Positions 63,387 to 64,000 of a DNA stretch of 64,000 bases are shown here, in pieces (the first letter of the stretch is position 1; each line of letters begins with the position of its first letter). Origin of the DNA: Octopus sinensis (lineage: Eukaryota); the NCBI RefSeq assembly GCF_006345805.1, contig NC_043017.1, forward strand, positions 23,002,001 through 23,066,000, read 5' to 3'. The notes under the pieces were generated by a model. It saw nothing but the letters and a program-made list of their open reading frames with translations, made no database searches and was not told where the DNA came from. Made by a program: the position numbers and the translations under genes.

Positions 63387-64000
63387 CTAGTTCTTTTATT
63401 ATGGCTTAGCTAGGTTTTGGTTATTATTGGCCCAGACCATGTCAGACTTAATAGCACCACTCGGCACAGTCTTTCAAGTGAGGTTTTAGACATTGTAATG
63501 CACTTGAAATGGGAGTTGTTTGCCGAGATGTACCCGAAGGTCGGTGCTTTGTCAGGTATTTCGAGGAGGAATTTGTCCAGGTATCATCTGAATGTTATGT
63601 GGTCTTTTTCTTCTTTTAGTATCTTTCGGAATAATATTTGAATAAAGCAGGTGTCGACCGAGGTAGAAATGCTGTGTCGCATGGTTTCAAAGTACAGTCA
63701 AACCTCAACTTACGCCATTTCGAGTTACGTCATTTTTTTTTTTTTTTTTTTTACGTTGCCATTTTTTTCCTTTTAAATAACTTAATAGAAAAAAATCTCA
63801 ACCTCAGTTAATTTATTCGACTTTATGGCGGCCTCGACGAACATATTTACCGACTATTGAAAAGGTTGCAAGACACAACGAAAATTTTAGAAAAATAAAG
63901 AAGGAAATGAGTGGAAATTTTACCGGTGTATGTGTGTGTGTGTGTGTGTTAAATTATAAGGCACTAAGAGAGAAGCTCTCTCCCCAGACTCAACAGAATA

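Overview
AT-rich eukaryotic genomic DNA dominated by microsatellites and interspersed repeats. The repeat families (tRNA-derived SINEs resembling the OK/OR1/OR2 retroposons) and the extreme (CA)n/(TA)n/(CATA)n load point to an octopus (coleoid cephalopod) genome; this is inferred from recalled repeat families, not from a search. Almost all long ORFs in the supplied track are microsatellite artefacts. The only plausible host coding sequence is two short, phase-compatible + strand exons (5556-5666 and 16276-16323) of an unidentified gene, so most of the window is probably intronic. Repeats seen: three main SINE families with exchangeable tails; CR1 and RTE LINE 3' fragments; Tc1/mariner fossils; pogo-type, hAT-type and 8-bp-TSD GGATC-ended MITEs; two non-autonomous Helitrons; and a probable solo LTR. 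The best second-look items are: a tRNA-Ser-headed SINE carrying a Penelope-type minimal hammerhead ribozyme (10388-10665); long fold-back hairpins that could be ADAR or small-RNA substrates (37525-37764, 56107-56790, 40301-40406); a recursive-splice-site-like AG|GTAAGT motif (40176/40177); and a covarying stem-loop shared by CR1 3' ends and a SINE tail. Coordinates were counted by eye; boundaries of degenerate repeats are approximate.
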